DNA of 64,000 nucleotides from a virus: IMG/VR virus record IMGVR_UViG_3300047325_000150; one strand, 5' to 3'. Shown piece by piece: positions 59,198 to 64,000 of this stretch (position 1 is its first letter; each line of letters starts with the position of its first letter). The notes under the pieces were generated by a model. It saw only the letters and a program-made list of their open reading frames with translations, ran no database searches and was not told where the DNA came from. The position numbers and the translations under genes were made by a program.

Positions 59198-60001
59198 TTA
59201 AGTTTTGTTCGGGTGCGTCGAAGTTGATAAAGGAAGCACCGCCCTACTCTCGTGCCAATTTGGATATAACATTTCAAATTCTTTGATCTTTAGTAAAAGT
59301 TCTTCAAATGTTATTTTACATTTGGTATTCTTTTTATTGTTTTCTTCATGTCTTACAAGACGGCAATTTGCAGGGTGTGATATATAATATGAATCAACAT
59401 TATTTAAATATCCATAATTTACAGATATTAAATGATCTCTACTAACGCCGTTAATATTTTTAATTCCTTTTTTTGATCCGGGTGTAGAATACCAACCAAA
59501 TTGTTCTATCAATGATCCATCAAACCATAATGGAAATTGACTGATACTAAATTTAAATTTGCATTTTATTTCATATTGTTTTTTAGCATGAAATGCTGAT
59601 ATATGATATTTTTGATAAGTTTTAATACCAGTCTTAGCACATGTATTAAGAAATATAATTGAATATGGGCCAGTAATTAAAAATTGAGAAAAAATACCTT
59701 CATATTGACGAGGTTGACGAGGTTGAATTGTTTTTGTTTTTGTCTTTTTAGATATTTTAGGTTTAGAAATTTTAGGTTTAGCAATAGGCCCGTGTTTTCT
59801 TCCTATAATTTTATTATTGATTTTCGCAGCACAGCTATGATCACAATATTTTGGATTTAATGTTGTTTTACCACAACAAAGACAAATATTTGGTTTACGT
59901 TGTTTGTCTAAATTATAGCAAGTTTTTGAACAATAAGTTGGCTTTCTTCCAACTCGACCTGGTTTAAAATTTTTATTGCAAGTTTTACATGTAAATAACA
60001 T
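59198..60001 (-). CDS. HNH-family (homing-type) endonuclease with N-terminal Cys-rich zinc-finger region
   Basis: C-terminal RDHLISVNYG...HPANCRLVRHEENNKKN HNH core. Multiple CxxC pairs at the N-terminus. Sits inside the tRNA array. Confidence 0.6.
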   Translation of the reverse strand: MLFTCKTCNKNFKPGRVGRKPTYCSKTCYNLDKQRKPNICLCCGKTTLNPKYCDHSCAAKINNKIIGRKHGPIAKPKISKPKISKKTKTKTIQPRQPRQYEGIFSQFLITGPYSIIFLNTCAKTGIKTYQKYHISAFHAKKQYEIKCKFKFSISQFPLWFDGSLIEQFGWYSTPGSKKGIKNINGVSRDHLISVNYGYLNNVDSYYISHPANCRLVRHEENNKKNTKCKITFEELLLKIKEFEMLYPNWHESRAVLPLSTSTHPNKT

Positions 60002-60749
60002 AGTGTTAATTATACTTGATGTTAGAGTTCAATTTCAATATCAAATACTAAATTGTTTATATCGCGGTGGTGAAATTGGCCATCATACAAGTCTCCAAAA
60101 CTTGAGTTCCGAGTCGATGCTCGGCCGCGGTGCCAAGTATATTAATTGATGGTGGTACGAGTCATCTAGTGAGGACGAATTCCTGTGAAGAATTGTCGAG
60201 GTGGGGGCAGAACCCACGTATCACCCCAGAATTAAATTATAAGACGAAACTCCATATTGCGGAGATTCATGCCTGTGTGAGGACGATCTTAGGTTGGAAG
60301 ACCTAACGTAGGGTTGGAATCTCTTCCATCTTATAAAACAAGTTTAGGATGATTACAGCAATTACTCAACGTGGTAGAGAAGTGGTTATCTCGCTTGGCA
60401 GTTGACCAAGAGGCGATGGTTCAAATCCATCCTGTGTTACAAATAATATCATCCTGTTTTTAATGGCTTGTAGGTAATATTTTTGCGCTCTTGGTAGTCT
60501 GATGAATACGCACGGCCGATAACCGTGTTTAGGAGAGTTTGATCCTCTCAGGGCGCACCAATTTTTAATTCCCACCGATACTAAAATCGGCGATGTTACA
60601 ACTAATCATGGATGCTGTTGAAATTCAATGGCTAGGTATCGATGTGTAACATAAAACTATAGAGACGTCCTATCTATAGTAGTTCTTGCAGATAATGGAA
60701 TATTCTGCAACAAAAGTTAGCCATGTGTCCTGAAATGAGGACAACTTAT

Positions 60750-60827
60750 GTCGCGGTCTTCTAACTGGAATAGGAAACTTGACTTTCACTCAGGGCAATG
60801 CGAGTTCAACTCTCGTCCGCGACGCCA
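60750..60827 (+). tRNA. tRNA-Glu (TTC), CCA encoded
   Basis: Acceptor GTCGCGG/CCGCGAC. Anticodon arm CTTGA-CTTTCAC-TCAGG. T arm GCGAG-TTCAACT-CTCGT. Confidence 0.75.
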
Positions 60828-60841
60828 ATTTAAGAATTTAA

Positions 60842-60916
60842 TTGGGGATAGTTTAACGGTAAAACCGTGGCCTCTGAAGTCGCTATTCTTGGTTCGAATC
60901 CAGGTCCCCAAACCAT
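60842..60916 (+). tRNA. tRNA-Gln (CTG), CCA encoded
   Basis: U1:A72 acceptor TTGGGGA/TCCCCAA. D stem GTTT/AAAC. Anticodon arm GTGGC-CTCTGAA-GTCGC. T arm CTTGG-TTCGAAT(c)-CCAGG with an 8-nt loop or 1-nt bulge. Confidence 0.7.
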
Positions 60917-61144
60917 CAATTTGACGCAGAAAGGACAAGATAGTTCGTCGCTTGGTTCATACCCAAGAAATCTGGAGGATGCGAGCGCCTCTTCTGCTAC
61001 CAGTTTGCTACAGCGTTAGGACCCGTTGTCGCTAGATTAAGTTTTGACAACGTTTTTGGTTGTAAAGTAGAAACATACTAGTAATGTTTGATGAGGTTCG
61101 CTCTCATCCAATTGACTTTTATTAAAACAAGAATAAAATAAAGT

Positions 61145-61330
61145 ATGAATTGGGAAGATTTACAGGTTGGTGATTATGTATCATTGGAACTGTTATATAC
61201 TAAAACAATATACTATGCCAAAGTAATTAACATGACATCTGTCGATATCAAATTTAAATTTTCATCTACACCTGATTGGGTGAAGCGGAGGATGATGGAA
61301 AACTGTCTAATTGGTATGACAGGAAGGTAA
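61145..61330 (+). CDS. small hypothetical protein, paralog of 61412..61624
   Basis: Shared DL(Q/K)(V/I)GDYVS(L/I)E ... YAKVI pattern. Confidence 0.35.
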   Translation: MNWEDLQVGDYVSLELLYTKTIYYAKVINMTSVDIKFKFSSTPDWVKRRMMENCLIGMTGR

Positions 61331-61411
61331 TGGATTATAATTTTGATTTTCAAAAACATATCAAAACTATCAAATTAGACATAAACGATGATATACAATT
61401 TGAGTTAACTT

Positions 61412-61624
61412 ATGAATAAAATATCTTGGAAAGATTTGAAGATTGGTGATTATGTATCTATAGAAATTTTATCCTATAAAACATACTATGCTAAAGTAAT
61501 TGACATATCATCTAACAATATCAGAGTTAAATTTGCATCTGGTAAGGTAGTGGATTATCACCCGGTGGGGTGGGCGGGCCGCATCAAAGCTACCTTACTA
61601 TGCTACAGTAGTTCAAATACTTGA
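61412..61624 (+). CDS. small hypothetical protein, paralog of 61145..61330
   Basis: As above. Confidence 0.35.
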   Translation: MNKISWKDLKIGDYVSIEILSYKTYYAKVIDISSNNIRVKFASGKVVDYHPVGWAGRIKATLLCYSSSNT

Positions 61625-61762
61625 TTTAAAAATTATTTTTGATTTCTATTTAAATGGTAAACATGTAGGAAACGCAGATTATGCATTTGATGAAGATACT
61701 ACATTCGAAACTACATTATTAGATATGGACGATGTTCAGTTTCGATTAATGATTTCTTAATT

Positions 61763-61837
61763 GCTCCTGTCGTATAGTGGCCATTACCTGGCTTTGGTAT
61801 AGCCAGTACCACAGTTCGATTCTGTGCGGGAGCACCA
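61763..61837 (+). tRNA. tRNA-Thr (GGT), CCA encoded
   Basis: G1-C72 and C2-G71 acceptor GCTCCTG/CGGGAGC. Anticodon arm TGGCT-TTGGTAT-AGCCA. T arm CACAG-TTCGATT-CTGTG. Confidence 0.75.
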
Positions 61838-61949
61838 ATATTATGCCAGTTTGGCTGTCTGAAACTAGACGTGTAATATCACATCTTCCTTTCATACGGG
61901 AAGAGTACCCGGGGAGGTACCGGGGTCTAGTACCAAATTTTTTAAAGTT

Positions 61950-62025
61950 TGCGGGTTAGAGAAGTGGTCATCTCACCAGGTTCATATCCTGGGAATCGGC
62001 GATTCGAATTCGTCACCCGCTACCA
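61950..62025 (+). tRNA. tRNA-Met (CAT); candidate initiator
   Basis: Acceptor with a U1-U72 mismatch. A11:U24 in D stem GAGA/TCTC. Anticodon arm CCAGG-TTCATAT-CCTGG. T arm GGCGA-TTCGAAT-TCGTC. A73 and CCA. Confidence 0.65.
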
Positions 62026-62027
62026 AT

Positions 62028-62115
62028 AAAGGATCTATTCAGCATATAAATACATAAACAGAAATCGTTGGTTCGATTCCAACACAACATGCAAATGTTG
62101 TTGGTGTAGTGGTAG
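62028..62115 (+). other. permuted/split tRNA-like locus 3
   Basis: Order: AAAGGATCT, about 30 nt containing TATAAATA, T arm GTTGG-TTCGATT-CCAAC, acceptor-3' ACAACAT, G, CAA, acceptor-5' ATGTTGT, TG, D arm, then AGATCCT. Confidence 0.45.
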
Positions 62116-62209
62116 CACGTCCGTCAAAAGATCCTGTTAGAACTAATAGTAGTATGGTGAAATTGGTATTTTATTAAATTACAAATTTATAGTTAAATAT
62201 ACATGAATA

Positions 62210-62800
62210 TTGTTATTTGGTATAAATACAAATATGAAATTAAGTGAGTATGCAAAATTAAACTCTATCACATATAAAACTGCTTGGTTACATTTTAAAG
62301 CTGGGCTGATACCAAATGCAATTAAATTAAAAACAGGTACTATCGTCATTCAAGAAATACCAAAATTACAAGAAAAAATTGCTCTTTATAGTAGAGTTAG
62401 TTCTTCTGAAAATAAATCAAATGCAGAAGCTCAATTAGATAGATTACGAATATACGCAATTGCTAAAGGATATCAAATTAATAAAGAGGTAATTGAAATA
62501 GCATCTGGATTAAATGATGCAAGACCGAAATTAATTTTATTATTACAAGATAAGTCAATTACAAAAATTATAGTTGAACATAAAGATCGATTAACTCGAT
62601 TTGGATTTAATTATATTAATGTTCTATTGGAAAATTCAAATAGATCAATTGAAGTGATAAATGAATCACTTGATAATGATGATATCATTGCTGACTTCAT
62701 ATCAATAATTACTAGTTTTTGTGCTAGAATATACGGTAGACGTAGATCAAAACGAAAAACAGAACTATTACTTAAAGAACTAGAAAATGATCTGAAGTAG
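62210..62800 (+). mobile_element. tnpA: IS607-family-like serine recombinase TnpA (MerR-like HTH plus resolvase catalytic domain)
   Basis: N-terminal HTH (LSEYAKLNSITYKTAWLHFKAGLIP). Catalytic-Ser motif ALYSRVSSSENK. LDRLRIYA, small resolvase-domain layout. Confidence 0.6.
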
Positions 62801-62812
62801 TAAAATTCGTTT

Positions 62813-63190
62813 GAAATATGTGAATCAAGTTAAACTTGACAAAACATTCCAATTATTTAATGATAAAACAAATGAAATAATATCAAATTTAATCAATGAC
62901 TTATTATATAATCATATCAATATACCAGCTTTATTACCAAAAACAATAACAGATCAATATACGGCGCACGAATAAATCAATTATTAGCTAAAGAAGCAAG
63001 CGCAAATGCAAGATCAATACGAAATAAAATAAAGAAAATAGGCAAAACAAATAATTTACAAAAATACCAAGAAGAACTACTTAATAAATTCAATAATAAA
63101 ACACTTAAAGTCAATTGGAATGGAAATTTAAATCTAGATAGTCGATTTGTGTCAATTGAAAAAGGAAATAACTCATTAATTAGTCAACAT
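62813..63190 (+). pseudogene. frameshifted/truncated TnpB-like (OrfB) remnant
   Basis: Two consecutive frames read KYVNQVKLDKTFQLF...TAHE and ...LAKEASANARSIRNKIKKIGKTNN...VNWNGNLNLDSRFVSIEKGNNS, resembling a TnpB N-terminal region. It runs into the tRNA at 63195. Confidence 0.35.
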
Positions 63191-63194
63191 AAAT

Positions 63195-63271
63195 GCACTT
63201 GTAGCCCAACGGCAGGAGGCAACTGATTCAAAACCAGTACAGTGTCAGTTCGAATCTGACCAAGTGCACCA
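63195..63271 (+). tRNA. tRNA with Leu-reading anticodon CAA, short variable arm; paralog of the tRNA at 57310
   Basis: Acceptor GCACTTG/CAAGTGC, A73 and CCA. T arm GTCAG-TTCGAAT-CTGAC. Anticodon stem CTGA/CCAG region with loop TTCAAAA. D stem GCC/GGC. Confidence 0.55.
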
Positions 63272-63286
63272 TATTTTAGGATATTT

Positions 63287-63360
63287 GCTGTATTCGTTCA
63301 GTGATAGGACCTCCGTTTCGTAATCGGATGACAGAAGTTTGATTCTTCTATGCAGCACCA
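63287..63360 (+). tRNA. tRNA-Thr (CGT), second copy with different sequence; CCA encoded
   Basis: Acceptor GCTGTAT/ATGCAGC. Anticodon stem TCCG/CGGA with loop TTCGTAA. T arm AGAAG-TTTGATT-CTTCT. Confidence 0.6.
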
Positions 63361-63898
63361 AATAAAAATTTTGGTTGAAAATCTTCAGAGTTGCGGTAGT
63401 TTATTAAATTAAGTATAATTATCATATGAAATTACGTGAAATATCTACATTATCAGAAAAAGAACGACAGCACATAGTAGATTTTGCTGCTACGGTCGTC
63501 ATATTAACTATATAAGTGAAGAAAATCCAACAGAACTCGGTATTATAGTTGATCCTGACCCAAACACCAAACATTTTCGTCCGCACAAAGGATGTAAATA
63601 TTTTAGTTTGAATGAACGTATTCCGTATCCTGATGTACAAAAGTTTGTAGAATTAAATCGTCTTGCGCTAAAAAAAGTTGCTTTAGGAACATTAGATAGC
63701 ATGGATTTTCTAGAATCTAGAAGAAAAATCCCCGATGATTTAAATGAATCGTATTTGCTATAGAGATGGCAAATATTCAACCGGAATGGGTAGCGACGAT
63801 AGAACAATGAATCATGCTCCAAGAGTTAAAATAGAAATTTCAAAAGGTGTCGAAGCTGATCTGCTCTTCTAAATACGTCTTTAACCAAAGACCAAATA

Positions 63899-64000
63899 AT
63901 GGAAGAATTGATGAATACTCCTTTTGCAGGCGTTGATCCGCCTGGAATGGATACAAAACACAAAAAAGCAATATGCGAAGTATGCGAGTTAAACAAACAT
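63899..64000 (+). CDS. hypothetical protein, 5' partial (runs off the window)
   Basis: ATG with an open frame to the window end (MEELMNTPFAGVDPPG...). Confidence 0.3.
   Translation, partial: MEELMNTPFAGVDPPGMDTKHKKAICEVCELNKH

Noticed and set aside
60917-61140. Hairpin CTTGG-TTCATAC-CCAAG resembling a Met anticodon arm, and AAACAT-ACTAGTA-ATGTTT
   Set aside because: No accompanying acceptor, D or T arms could be assembled, so these are not called as tRNA.
1-64000. Eukaryotic giant virus (mimivirus-like) origin suggested by the AspRS, tRNAs and IS607-like transposase
   Set aside because: Genes have Shine-Dalgarno sites, overlapping ATGA/GTGGTAG junctions, TTGACA-N17-TATAAT promoters, intrinsic terminators and a sigma-70 factor. 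The tRNA identity elements are bacterial. The architecture is that of a phage.

Overview
This is a dense, AT-rich, prokaryote-style window (about 35% GC overall, with two patches near 45-55% GC) that reads as part of a large (jumbo or huge) bacteriophage genome, not a cellular chromosome or a eukaryotic giant virus. The reasons are sigma-70-type promoters with an extended TTGGTTGACA -35 box, Shine-Dalgarno-coupled and overlapping genes (ATGA and GTGGTAG junctions), and many small ORFs with no recognisable homologs.

Recognisable content:
- An rIIA/rIIB-like gene pair, a DNA/RNA non-specific endonuclease, dCMP deaminase and a QueD-like enzyme.
- A lysis-type cluster: an RlpA-like DPBB protein, an i-spanin/o-spanin pair and a small membrane protein.
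- A full RpoD-like sigma factor.
- An anti-defense-looking block: an ArdC-like protein, a T5orf172 protein, an HNH endonuclease and an IS607-like tnpA with a tnpB remnant.
- A tandem array of nine paralogous LRR-like repeat proteins.

The most unusual part is an unusually complete tRNA toolkit:
- At least 15 plus-strand tRNA genes, including five Leu-anticodon tRNAs that lack the long variable arm.
- Bacterial-type AspRS next to a YqeY/GatB-like protein, a CCA-adding enzyme, a Thg1-like 3'-5' polymerase, an Rnl2-like RNA ligase and a SpoU/TrmH methyltransferase.
- Inside the tRNA array, three loci where a T-arm plus 3' acceptor half directly precedes a complementary 5' acceptor plus D-arm half, bracketed by a conserved inverted motif pair (AAGGATCT ... 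AGATCCT). These are candidate circularly permuted or split tRNA genes.

No CRISPR array and no rRNA were seen. All coordinates were hand-derived from the sequence, so tRNA ends and regulatory-site boundaries may be off by 1-2 nt.
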